This document shows, piece after piece, positions 43,081 through 55,694 of a stretch of 64,000 nt of DNA (positions are counted from its first letter, which is position 1; each line of letters starts with the position of its first letter). A program made the position numbers and the translations under genes. The stretch comes from the human T2T-CHM13v2.0 reference genome, Homo sapiens: NCBI RefSeq assembly GCF_009914755.1, contig NC_060937.1; one strand, 5' to 3'. Under the pieces are notes generated by a model. It did no database searches and was not told the DNA's origin. It worked only from the letters and a program-made list of their open reading frames with translations.

Positions 43081-45989
43081 TTTCTCTGCTATGGTGAGAA
43101 ATTCAACCACTCACTTTTAGGTCATTCAGACCAGCTCCAATAATGAGCAATAGTGGCTCTCTTAATTTTCTGTGAGCCCTTTCCTAGGCAAGCTTCCCTT
43201 CATTGGAATTCCTGTCTTCTTACCAAGAAACAGAGTCTAAGTTCTTTCTGGACTGGCGGGGGTGGAGTGGTGAGGGGGAGCTGAAATTACCTCTTTCTTG
43301 CACATAGACCTACATGCTGAGATTCTAGCACTCCTCCCACTCGGGTTTTTGGAACTGGGTCACAAACTGGCATACCCTGGTAAGCTCATGAAGACTCTTT
43401 CCTTAAGCCCTCCCCTTAGCAGAAAGAGATGGACTCATGCCTGTCTAACTAAATAGCAGACTCTGGAGCATGCAATTAGAACAATCTTTGGGTACTTTCA
43501 CCCCTGGAGGACTATCCCTTAGGTCCTACAGTTTGGGGGTTGAATTTATATTCAGCATTTCATTTTCTTGCATAAAGATGTTATAGAAAATGAAAATGTC
43601 ATGTTTTTTAGTGCTGCTTAGATATTATCTATGGTGATGGATTGTTGCTATGAATATTTGAGTTGCTATGAATGCTTGAAGAGGCAAAGTGTGTCATAGT
43701 GAAAGTGCCAGAATGTTGTGTTAGCTACCTGACTGATGCTTCTGGTGCTAAAATGCAATTAATGAGGCTTGCCTTGCCCACCTCATGTGGTTATTTGAAA
43801 GATTAAATTACAGAATCTATGTGAAAATGAAGTGTCAGTAGAATGCTATTCAAACAGAAGATGTTATTATTTGAGTTGCTTCTGGGGGGCAAAAAGAGCA
43901 CATTTTTCTTCTGAAATGTATCTTTTAAGTAGGAATGAGTTACCATGGTATTAGAGACACTTCAGTACAAAATTGACAAATAAATGGAAAAAAATTTATG
44001 AAATGTCATTTAGAGCTGTTTTTTAATAGTGTCTCAATGCATTGAATAGCATTTAAGGCTCTTTTTCCTATCTGTATTTAAGGGCTCTAACTGCAAATTG
44101 ATAGATATTTGATTCTGTAATTCCAGATATTTTGAACATTGAAATAGGTAGCACTTTTGTGAAAGATAATTGCTCTGAAAGAGAGTTTTAGCTTTGACTG
44201 AGAGAAAGGTATTGGTAATTTCCAAGAGCCCTTTAAAAAGTGGCTGCAGAATTCAAACAGAAAGCCATCAAGATCAGGATTAGTGGAAGCAGAAGGAGTG
44301 AGCAACAGGAGTACAGCGTCTGTTCTAATAGTTTAAATGTGCAAGGGAGATGAGAAGTGAAGAAATAGAAGGAGATGGGGAGAGATTTGCAAGACGCTTA
44401 TTATCTTTCAACAAAGGGTGGTGCCTGTTGCACATGTATTACAGAAAGGGCATAAATCTTCCTTTCAACAATGATCAAGGTCTGGGATTAAATATCTGCT
44501 CCAAGCTCCTTCTTTCCAGTCATCATCCCTCCCTCCCCACTTGCAAGGCTGTTGCAAACTTCCAGAAGGAGTCCCTGGGTGTGTTTCGCAGGAAGAAGGA
44601 ATGTCCTCCTCTCAAAATAACTCAGAGAGCAGTGAGACATTGACTTGGGACTTGGGAACATTCAAGAAGAAATGGCTACAGCAGAGAAATTTTTTTTTTT
44701 TCTGAGTTTCATGTCCTGACTAGAGAAAGAAAACTGATTATAAGGGCCGTAGAGGTGACCTGCTGCCACAGAAACCTAGGTGTAGGGTAGGGTGAAGGTT
44801 CTTTGTCCCTCCATGCTTAAGGCTATGCATTGCTTGCACACAGTGGGAAGCACTAAACTTGATTTCTCAAGAGTATTATTTCCAATAATATTTCTATAAA
44901 TAGGAAAATATGAGAAATGAAGTTAGCCATTTCACTGAAGAAGCAGTTTCCTGCATTTTCTAAAACAAAACTATATAAATGTACTAGTGTCATACTAGTG
45001 CTATAAAAGAAAGCAAGAAAATTATAAAGCTCTTGAATATTTAGTGTGGCTGGGATATATCACATTGATATTCTGTTAATCTGATGTTTTCAATTAAGCC
45101 TTCCTAATTGGTGCTCACAGATAATCTAATTCTATTTATATGGGGAATAAGTTTGAATACCTTCTACTAATACACCCATGTCCAAAATACTTTTTCAAGT
45201 GAAAAGTCACATGTACATTATGAAAATTCTCTTTCAGATACATTAGTTGTTAAATTCTAGAACTAAAATACTGAATTTATTGCTTTCTCAAAACAGTATT
45301 TAGTTTTATGAATAAGGTACAGTAGTATATCAATTGTAGTACATTGCAGTAATGAAACACCTGCTGCTCAGATAATCTAAAATATGCAACTAAGGACTTT
45401 TAACCTTCCATTTTACTGTGTTAGGAAAGGAGGCCAGGTATTGCCTATATAATTTCATACTTAGCAAAACTTGTTTTGAGGCTAGTGTGATAATATATAT
45501 GTTAAATAGATATTTCTTGCTATCTGGGTGTGGTGAGATGAATGCCTGGAGAGTAACTGGTTTTTTCTGTTGGCTCAGGGGCTTGTATCTGCCTGTTCTG
45601 GAAGGGTGAGTCTGAAGCACTGGGTGCTTTTCTATTCTTTCCTGCTGCAGAGTGGTTCTGAAACAGCTAATCTAACTTTAGAATATATACAAAATTGAAA
45701 AAACAAGCAAGCAAATAAAAACTCTTGGGAGATTAGGGCATGCACAGTAGTTTAAATACATGTTAAGGAGGAGCAAGAGCTGACTGTGGTTTATTAAGCA
45801 CATTAAGAGACTTTGAGATCCTTTCAATTAGTATAGAATCCGAGACTGGACTTTGTGGAGTTTCTTTTTCTTAAAAACTTTTTAAAAAGTAAGCTTTAAA
45901 AAATTGAAGTAGAACCCACATACTAAATATCAAAAGCACATGTTTACTTACTGATATGGACACTTAGATCATTGAATCGTACCCTTTTG

Positions 45990-48520
45990 TTTCCCTAATA
46001 TCAGCATTTCAGGCTCCAAATTTCACTCAGAGCTCAGTTTCGGTTGCATCTCATACTTTTTGATATACCATATTTTCTGTTATAATTGAGCTCAAAATTT
46101 TTCTTGTGAGTAATTCTTTGACCAATCGGTTATTTAAAAGTGTGCTGCTTTTTACCCAAACATCTAGCCCTTTTTGAGTTATTCTTATTATTGATTTCTA
46201 GCCAAATACCATAAGATTAATGATTTTGATTCTTTGAAATTTTTTGAGACTTGAATTATGGCCCACCAGTTTGTCAACTTTGGCAAATGTTTAATATGCA
46301 CTTAAGAAAATGTGTATTTTTTTTCTGCTTCTCTTCTTTACTGATACAGATATATTCAAATCTAATTGTGATGACCCATTTATCCTTTGATTCTGTCAAT
46401 TTTTGCTTCAAGTACTTTGAGGCTATTACTATCATTTATTAGATGTATGCAAATTTATAATCATTAAATCAATTTAGTAGATTGACACTTTTATCATTAT
46501 AAAATATTCACCACCTTCAGTAATATTTCTTTTTTTCTGATGTTAGTATAGTAATAGCAACTTTCTCTTGTTTTTGCATTGAATATGCCTCTCCAATATT
46601 TTATTTTTAATTCTTCTTTGTCTTTATGTTTAAAGTGTGTTTCTTATAAACAATGCTGGGTTTTATTTTTTAATCCAGTGTGATGGTTTTCTTCAATTGG
46701 AAAATTGCATCTAAATTGCTAATATATTTGGGTTTAAATCTATCATCTTATTATCTGTTTTCTGTTTGTTCTTTGTTGTTTAAATTTTCTCCCCTTTCTT
46801 ACCTCTTTTGAATTATTTTTATGTCTATTTTCTCCTCTATTAGTAATTATTTATGTATTATTTTACAATATTTTCTAGTGGTTGTCATCAACGTTACAAC
46901 AGGAATTCTTGACTTGATAGAATCTACAAAACAATACTTTTACCACTTCCTGAACAATGTCAGGACATCAGAACACTTTGATTTTATGTACTATACTTCT
47001 GCATTTTTCTTTATTTTCATATATATGTGTGTATATTTTATGTATGTGTGTGTATTTTAGTCCTTCTCCCTTAAGAATATTATTGTTTTCTACAGTTATA
47101 ATTATTTATAGTTACCCTTTACATTGCTTTTCATTCTGTCTTGTGTTTCTCTATTTCTACCTGGGATTATTTTCTTTTCCTCTGAATAACTATTTCTTTT
47201 AATGCTGGTTTGCTAATGATGAATTCTCTTAGTTTTTGTTTGTTTAAAAATCTTTTTGTTTCTTCTTTCCTTTTTTAAAAAGAACTTTACAATTTTCATA
47301 CCACAAAAGCCACTTTCTCCTTCACTTTACTTTTTCCTGTTTCCTTCACTTTAAAAAAATTGTGGTAAAATACTCAACGTAAAATTTACCGTTGTAACCA
47401 TTTTTAAGTATGTAATTCAGAAGTGTTAAATATAGTTACGTCGTTGTGCAACCAATCTCCAGAATGTTTTCATCTTGCAAAATTTCTCCTTTACTTTTGA
47501 TGATTATTTTTTCTGGGCATAGAAATATAGCTTGAAAGTTATTTTCTTTCATAATTGATGGTGAGAAGTTAGCTGTCAGTAAGATTGTTATTTGGAGGAA
47601 CTATTTCATGTTTCTTGGCCATAAATGATAACTCCATTATGTGATTGTCTGTGAATCCTTTTCTTTTTTCTTTCTTTTATTTTCTTCCTTTCCTTCCCTT
47701 TCCTTCCTTTCTTTTTTTTCTTTTTGAAGATTTGGAGACTTCTTCTGTCACTCAGGCTGGAGTGAAGTGGTACCATTATAGCTCACCGTAGCCTAGAATT
47801 CCTGGACTCAAGCGATCTTCCCACATAAGCCTCATGAGTAGCTGGGACAACAAGCATGGTCACTGTACCTGGCTGTGAATCCATTTCCATTGTCTTCTTT
47901 TTATTGTCATTGTACTGGTTTTTGGTTTTCAGTAATTTGGTCCTGTCCCGTGGCATGGTTAGTAATTTTTGATTGAATGCTGGATATTAGGTATATAAAA
48001 TTGTTGACATTTGGATGATTTTATACTCCTTCCAGAGAGGATTTTCTTTCTGTTGGTAGGCAGTTAGTGTAAGGGTAGATCACCTTGATTTAATCAATGA
48101 TTAAGATGATGTGTGATGGAATTTAGGCCCATGTAAGGTCTGGCATATTTTGGTTTGTTCTTAATCCTAGGACATAGCCTTTCTGCGGTCTAACTTTAAG
48201 CCAAGGCATTTACCTTGATGGTTCTTAAACATCAGTTTTTATTTTCTCATCCTTGTGAACTTGCTGAAAGCTCTGAGCTTGAAATTTGAAAGCTCTGCTT
48301 GGCCACTAGGCCCTGTGGTGCTTAAGAATTGGCAAATTTATCAGGGGGCAACGTGGAGGAGAATGTTGAATTCGCATTTATGTACTTTTCTTCTTCCTGT
48401 GATCTTGGCCCTTTAAGTATTTACTACCTGAGTTGCCTCCTAGTGGGTTCAAATAACCAATGTTTTAAAATAGAATTTTATCCAGCATCTCAGTGAGAGT
48501 GTCTGTCTGATACATAACCT
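45990..48520 (-). mobile_element. very old L1 (L1ME-like) fragments
   Basis: T-rich antisense L1 signatures: ttctttgaaattttttgagacttg, ctgtcaatttttgcttcaagtactttgaggc, ttgctaatgatgaattctcttagtttttg. Confidence 0.6.
47660..47873 (-). mobile_element. Alu right monomer (FRAM or truncated AluJ) with pyrimidine tail
   Basis: ctgtcactcaggctggagtgaagtgg...; TSD ctgtgaatcc. Confidence 0.8.
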
Positions 48521-48864
48521 GTAGATGAATGTCCTCTGGAATTTCATTAGGACAGATTAAAACTAAAGTATGCAGATTCTCTATCTAGAAATTTAGGTCT
48601 GATCAGGACTTGTGGGTGGCTGTTCACCTCTCTGGAATCTGCCATCACTAAGTTTATATTTCAGTGGGAAAATGGGCAGAGGACACTAATTAATATTCCA
48701 CAGTAATAATATGTAGGTGGCCAGGAAATCCATAGACAAATGTTCAACCTTAATAAATGGTAAGAAAACTGAACTTGAAGCAAGGAGATGATTTTCCTCC
48801 ATCAGATTAGGGTAAAAGGATCGATTTTCTTATTGGTGGGAATATAAATTTACCCAAGCTATAT

Positions 48865-49115
48865 TAACAATAATGATCACTGACATTTACTGAGCACTCA
48901 CCATGTGTCATGAGCTGTTCTGAACTCTTTATATGTATCATTTATTCTCATAACATCACAAAGTAAATGAGATTGCTATTAATCTCATTTTCAGAAGAAA
49001 AAACTGATGTTGAGACAGTTAAACAATGTGCCCAAGATCACTCAGATTGTCAGTAACTGCACTGAAATTGGGACCCAGGGAGCCTGAATGGAGTGTCCAC
49101 ACCCTTGTCTACTAA
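48865..49115 (-). mobile_element. MIR within an L1ME-like (+) fragment
   Basis: acatttactgagcactcaccatgtg...cattttcagaagaaaaaactga...gcccaagatcactcag. Confidence 0.7.
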
Positions 49116-49396
49116 CTTAGCCTCTCAATTCTGTTTCTTCGGCTTCATCCTACAGACATGGTCAGACACATGTACAAAAAGGCATGTACGGAAAGGTTCC
49201 CTGTAATACTGCCTGCAAAAGTTGAAAGCTGGGAACAGACTCAATGTGCATTCATACGGAAATGTAAAAATGAAAGCATCCACGTAAAATATCCAAACAG
49301 TGGAATACTCTGTACCAGTTACTAAGAATAAGGTAGATCTAAATTCACTAACATGGAAAAATCTTCAAGATATAGATTTAATTTTAAAAAGATTAA

Positions 49397-49690
49397 GGCA
49401 AGGGATGGTGGCTCACACCTGTAATCTTAGCACTTTGGGAGGCTGAGGTGGACAGATCGCTTGAGCCCAGGTGTTGGAGGCCAGCCTGGGCAACATGATG
49501 AGATGTCGTCTCCACAAAAAAATGCAAGAATTAGCCGGGTGCGATGGCACAGGCCTGCATCCCAGCTACTTGGGATGCTGAGCTGGGAGGATTACCTGAA
49601 CCCAGGAGGTCGGGGCTGCAGTGGGCCATGTTCATGTCACTAAACCCCAGTCTGGGTTTGACCCTGTCTCAAAAAATTTTAAAAAAAGGT
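49397..49690 (+). mobile_element. Alu, degenerate AluJ
   Basis: ggtggctcacacctgtaatc...gatcgcttgagcccagg...gaccctgtctcaaaaa. Confidence 0.85.
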
Positions 49691-49904
49691 TAAAAAACAT
49701 ATTAGTAAAAAAACTGTGTAATTGGTATATATAGAGATAGAAATGTCCTTATTGACATACACATGGAATTGTTAATAGTGATTTCCTCCTAAGAGTAGGG
49801 TTTGTGGGTGGTAGGAGGGAGAATTTTGTATTTTAACTTATGCTCGCCTAGTATTATTTGTACTTTTGTATATTGAGAACATATTACTTTTGTGTTATTT
49901 AAAA

Positions 49905-50380
49905 AATATTTTATTGTACAAGTTTTAAACATACACAAAGAAGGAAATAGTGTAATGAATATCCATATATGCATCATCTAGTGCATGCAAAACTCATCAG
50001 TTTTAACTCACTTACTTCACATATAACCTACATTTCTTTCAATGCTTTACTGCTCCTAAAATGCTTTCAAGCAAATCCCAGACAGCATATCATTTTACTC
50101 CTAACTCAGTATGCCTCCATAAGTGTTACAGAACTTTTATTACATAACCACAGGACCATCATCATACCTTATGAATTGACAATATTTTTTGGTATCATGT
50201 AATACTCAGTCTATAATCAAATTGCCCCAGTTGGCTAAAAAATATCTTTTTATAGGTAGTTTGTTTAAAACAAAATTCAAATAAAATTCTCACATGATGC
50301 TTAGTTGTTAGATCTCTTTTGTCTCTTTTAGTCTAGAACAGTTCCCTTCACATTATTTTCATACCATTGACTTATTTGTA
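49905..50380 (-). mobile_element. L1MC5-like 3' end
   Basis: ttttattgtacaagttttaaacatacacaaag...caagcaaatcccagacagcatatcatttt. Confidence 0.65.
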
Positions 50381-50793
50381 AGTTATTGATTATGAAAATA
50401 GGTAATTCAAACATAGATTCCCATAGATAAATTATATGGCAACCCATGTTACACATTAAATCTTATGGAACAAAGGCATTCTAATCCTACTTGTAAGTAT
50501 TTATTTCCCCCATCATTCATCAATACTGTACTTGTCAATTCACCAGCATTTTTTGAGTGCCTAAGATGGTTTGAACAAAAGACATTTTAAGGGAATATTA
50601 GCAGAGGGGAGGAAAAAATACAAAAGAAAATCGAGTCACCAAACTTTTAGGCTCATTAAGTGTAAGAACAGGACTAATTTTAAAGTTATACTATTTTACT
50701 CTAAATTAAAAATTCGGTTTATCAATTTCATAGTGAAAACGGTTATAAATGTATTTTTGTGTGGAATTAAGCATCTAATTTTTTTGTAAACCA

Positions 50794-51028
50794 CCTTCCT
50801 CTCTTCTTTCCTTTCTTCCTTCTTCCTTCCTTCCTTCCTCCCTCCCTTCTTTCCTTCCTTCCTCCCTTCTTTCCTTCCTTCCTCCCTTCTTTCCTTCCTC
50901 TCTTTCTTTCCCTCCGTTCCTCCCTGCCTTCCCTACCTACCTCCCTGTTCCTTCCTTCCTCTCTTTCTCTTTCTTCTTTCCTTCTCCCTTTCTTTTTTTC
51001 TCTCTCTTCTCCCCTTCCTTCCTTCTCT

Positions 51029-51059
<31 letters not shown>

Positions 51060-51072
51060 CTCTTCTTTTTTT
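50794..51072. repeat. about 280-bp polypyrimidine (TTCC/CTTT)n tract
   Basis: almost purely C/T on the + strand, seen directly. Confidence 0.95.
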
Positions 51073-53153
51073 GTTAAATTTTAACTACAGTTAGAAGTCA
51101 TTGGTGTGGAATTCAGCATTTTTTCTAATGTATTATAATATATTTTAAATATTTTATCTTTGAAAAGATCAGATAGTTTAAGAACGTTTGAAAAAGGGCA
51201 AGTTGACATAATTACAATCTACCCAGAATTATTGAGGATAATTTACATGTATTCAATGCATAATAAATAAAGCTGTGCATCATTGTTTACAGCATTTGAG
51301 AGGGAATGCCAAGATGGAACAGCATTACTCTTCTCAATCCAAGGGGACCTAATTAGCACTAATAGGGGGGAAAATAGCAAATGAGAGCAGAAGCTCAATA
51401 CGATATCAGGGAAAATATCCTAATGGACATATTGATCAGTTAGTGGGAAATTCCCAAGAGAAGAAATGTTAATGCAATTGAAGGATGTAATTGAGAAGGC
51501 AGAAAACACTGGAGGAGGTATAAATGTACTGTTTGTAATTCTCTATACAATCCTGCACAGGTTGATTACTTGTTAGAAAATTTCATCTTTATTCTGACTA
51601 TAGATAAAAACTAGCATTGATAGATATATTCTTAGTGAAGGAATGTCTAGAAAAAGAACAGAATCATTAAAGCTAGGCTTTGTTTTCATTTCTCTTGCTG
51701 GTGTTAGAATGTGCATTCTAGAAATTCCCAAAGGAGGCTCATATTTCAGTGATTCACATTCATTCACTTCAATATTATGAAATTTGCTTCATTACAATAT
51801 TATGATGATACTACAGACATTTGTATAATAAGGTGCATTGAGTGCATTAGCAAGTTGGAAATAGTATACGATTAAGAAAACCGTAGCCAAGTTGATAGCT
51901 GTTTACACTAAAAATGTACTCCAGTAAGCTAAATCAATCTGTATTAACTTAACTTTGGCTCTTGCTGGTAGAAATAAGTTTGTACAGTAACACAATGCTT
52001 TCTGTGATTGATGTTGACTAAGAAGGAGAGAAGTTAGACAAAACTCTTAGGAGCTTTCTATTATCATAGTAATCGAGTTACTTGTCCAGCAAATTCTGGT
52101 CTACAAAATAACAGGTTATCTTTTATTACTAAACACAGTCAATTTTTCTATTGACTCTCTTCTTATATTATCTGGTGGAAAATTTTAAGCTATAGAGAGA
52201 GCTGAAACACCTTCAGAAGTTCACCAAAGCCCTTTTAATTAAGCTTGGACACTGCAACCAGGGGTACGATGCATAATTATTTCTAGTTTGTGTTAGCTGA
52301 ATCAAATTTTTTACTTAGTAAGAGAGACAAATTTAGGACTGAATAATTATTTAGCTTTCATAGGTTAGCAACATACATTTGAATTACTCAGATTTACTGT
52401 ATCCAAGTTAACTTCTTAAGATCTTATTTTGCTTTGTGCTGCATTGACATGACCAAAGCATTTAGAATTTAAATCAAGTTTCCAAGGCAGGGTTAAATGC
52501 AAAACCTATAATGATTTTTTAATAGGAGCGAGGGTTATTGTGAAAGGTCACAAACTAATTATCGGGAACTGCCTACCTAAGTACACTCATTATACGGGCA
52601 CTACACCCATCAGAAGATGTATTTGTTTATGTAAACTTGCTGACCATAGTCTAGGACACATCTATTCAAATGATGCAAGGTACTTTCTTATTTGAGAAAT
52701 GAACACAGCAAGCAGTTGATCTTGGTCCTGGAATTTGTGAAGAAAGCCTGGAAATAGGATTTGAAGTGTATCACCAAGGTAAATGAATCAACTTGGAAAC
52801 ATTCTGCAGATGTCGAAAGAAAGTCTATTATATGAAACAGCAATCTTCATATTTGGCAAAAATAAATTCAAGTGAAAGGCACCTTAGTGAACAGATAATT
52901 TGCTACACAGTGTCAGGTTTTCCCTCTTTCCCTGTACCATCCAAGCACTGTGCATAATCTCTTTTATGTCAGAATGTCTGATTCACAGGATGTTCATAAA
53001 TCAAAACCGTAGTCCCATCCAGTAAACCTTTTTCTCTCTGGGCATAAAGCCATATTCCCTACAGATTTCAAAGCATATATTTCTACAATTATAGAGTTAC
53101 ATCTTTTTCTTTAGCAATATGTCTACTAAATTATATTCATGATACAATAGCGT

Positions 53154-53551
53154 TGAAGTAGGAGGCAAAACTCAACTCTGGAGGTGGGGCTTGGACAGTG
53201 GAACAAATTGAGGACTAGCTAAAAAGAGTCCAGGGCAGAAGCACCACCCCATAAGACATGCCCACCAGGGCCATAAACTGCCCATTAATTGGTATACAAG
53301 TAAAAGTGGGTATGAATGTGAGTGCAGACTGTGTCTGAGCTGCTACTCTGGGCACACTGCCCATAGGGTAGCCTTGATCCACAAGGAGCAGTACCTCTGC
53401 TGCTGCTGTACACTGTTGCTTCAATAAAAGTTGCTGTTTAACACCAAGGGCTTGCCCTCGAATTCTTTCCAAGGGCAAAGCCAAGGACCTTCCTGAGCTA
53501 AGGACCTTCCTGGGCTGAGCCTCAATTTTGAGGCTTACCTGTCCTGCATCA
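53154..53551 (+). mobile_element. ERV1 solo LTR, MER41-family, apparently internally deleted
   Basis: tgaagtaggaggc...aaattgaggactagctaaaa...ctgagctgctactctgggcacactgccc...ttcaataaaagttgctg...cctgcatca. Confidence 0.75.
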
Positions 53552-53685
53552 CTTTTAAGCTAAAACTTCAGAAGAGTGGACTCCTCATCCAGGATCCCTG
53601 TATCAAGTCCTTCTCAAATTGGTTCAAGACTCTCTTGCTAAAGAATAGCAATTTATCATTTAACTGCTTCAAAAACTGTGGTAAT

Positions 53686-53989
53686 GGCCTGGCATGGTGG
53701 CTCATGCCTGTAATGCAAGCACTTTGGGAGGCGGAGGTGGGCAGATCACTTGAGGCCAGGAGTTCAAGACCAGCTTGGCCAACATGGCGAAACCCTGTCT
53801 CTACTAAAAACACAAAAATTAGTGGAGCGTGGTGGCACATGCCTGTAGTTCCAGCTACTCAGGAGGCTGAGGATTGCTTGAATCCAAGAGATAGAGGTTG
53901 CAGTGAGCAGGATTGGGGAACTGCACTCCAGCCTGCGCAACAGAGCGAGACTCTGTCTCAAACAAAACAAAACAAAGCAAAACAAAAAA
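53686..53989 (+). mobile_element. Alu, AluSz/Sx-type
   Basis: full dimer, (caaaa)n tail, TSD aaaaactgtggtaat. Confidence 0.93.
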
Positions 53990-54339
53990 CTGTGGTAATT
54001 TAACATTTTACTTTTCACTAAAGTGCAAAATAAGACTGTTAGTGACTTGATTTAAAACAGCACATAACAAGATGTTTTCAGAGATAGCTTGCTTCTGGTT
54101 TTTAGGGCTGGATATTTGTATGTTCCTGTAAGGGCTCAATAGTCTTGGAAATGTCACTTCTTAGATTATACAAAGAGTGTCATTCCAAATCTCCATTTAC
54201 TTTAGGGTTTGCAGATTGTTTAGAAGTTAGGAAGTTGATATGAATGTTAATAATTCTTAATATTAGTTAAATAAAGTTAAAACTTCAAGTGATATTTGCT
54301 GTTTGTAGTTTGGAAAAACTTTTTTTGTGTGTGTTTCAT

Positions 54340-55330
54340 TTGCTTTTAATAGCATTACTGAGGTATAATTGACATACAAGAAACTTCATATATTAAGTGT
54401 GCAATGTGATGTTTTAGCTTATTTATATACCTATGAAACCATTACCACAATCATAATAGCGAACATACCTGTGACACTCCAAAATTTCCTTATGCCACTT
54501 TGTAATTCCTCCTCTCTTCCCTCTTTCCCATATCCCCGAGAAATCACTGATCTGTTTTCTGTGACTGTGTATTAGTTGGTATGTCTTCAGATTTAAGATA
54601 CAGGGATTTAGCTAGTATGAACTATTTTTGTCTGGCTTCTTTCAGGCAACATAGTTATTTTGGATTCACCTATGTTGTGTGTCTCAATGAGTCATACTCC
54701 ATGATATGGAATTGTACTCCATGATATGGACACACTACATTTTGTTGTCTTTTTTGGGTTGTTTTCAGCTTGGGCTGTTATAATAAAGCTGCTATTAACA
54801 TTCTTAGATAAATCTTAGTGTGGGAATGTACTTTCATTTCTCTAGGGTAAATATTTAGATATAGAATGGTGAGGTCCTATGGTTTATGTTTAATTTTTCA
54901 AAAGCTGCCAACTTGTTTTCCAAAGGGACTGCACCATTTTACATTCTTACTAGTAGTGGAGGAGAATTGCAGTTGCTCCATTATCTTTGCCAACATTTGA
55001 TGTGGTCGGTCTTTTTAGTTTTAGCCATTCTAGGAGTTGTGTAGTGGTAACTCACTGTGGTTTTAATTTGCATTTCCCTAATGACTAAAGATGTTGGACA
55101 TCTTTTCATATGCTTATCTGCCATTCATCCACCTTCTTTGCTGAAATGTCTGTTCAAATATTCTGACTATTTTAAAGTAATTATATGGCTTGGGTTTTAT
55201 TTCCTGTCAAGCTTTGAGGGTTTAAAAAATATAGTCTTTATATGTTCTCTAAGTATGTGGCATTCCTTTTTTTCCCTCTTGGCAGTGGATTTTTAATAAC
55301 ACAAGTTTTAAAATTTGACAAAGCCAATTA
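54340..55330 (-). mobile_element. L1MC/MD-type 3' end
   Basis: tgaggtataattgacataca...gcaccattttacattc...gtggttttaatttgcatttccctaatgactaaagatgttggacatcttttcat. Confidence 0.85.
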
Positions 55331-55694
55331 TCTTAGTCTATTGGGGCTGCTATAACAAAATATCATAGGTTGGGTAGCTTATAAACAACATGGCTGTATT
55401 TGTGACAGTTCTGGAGGCTGGAAAGTCCAAGAACAAGGCACCAGAAGATTGGATGTCTGGTGAGAGCCTATCTTCAGGTTCATAGATGGTGCTGTCTTGC
55501 TGTGTTCTTACATGGTGGAAGGAGCAAGCTAGATGTCTAGGTCCTCTTTCATAAGGGCACTGATCCCAGTCATGAGGGCTCTGCCATTATGATCTAATCA
55601 CCCCTCAAAGGCCCTATTTCCTAATATCATTACCTTGGAGGTCAAAATCCCAATATATGAATTTTGGGAGGACACACACATTTAGATCACAGCA
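55330..55694 (-). mobile_element. MaLR solo LTR, MLT1A-like
   Basis: tcttagtctattggggctgctataacaaaata...cagttctggaggctggaaagtccaag...catttagatcacagca. Confidence 0.85.
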
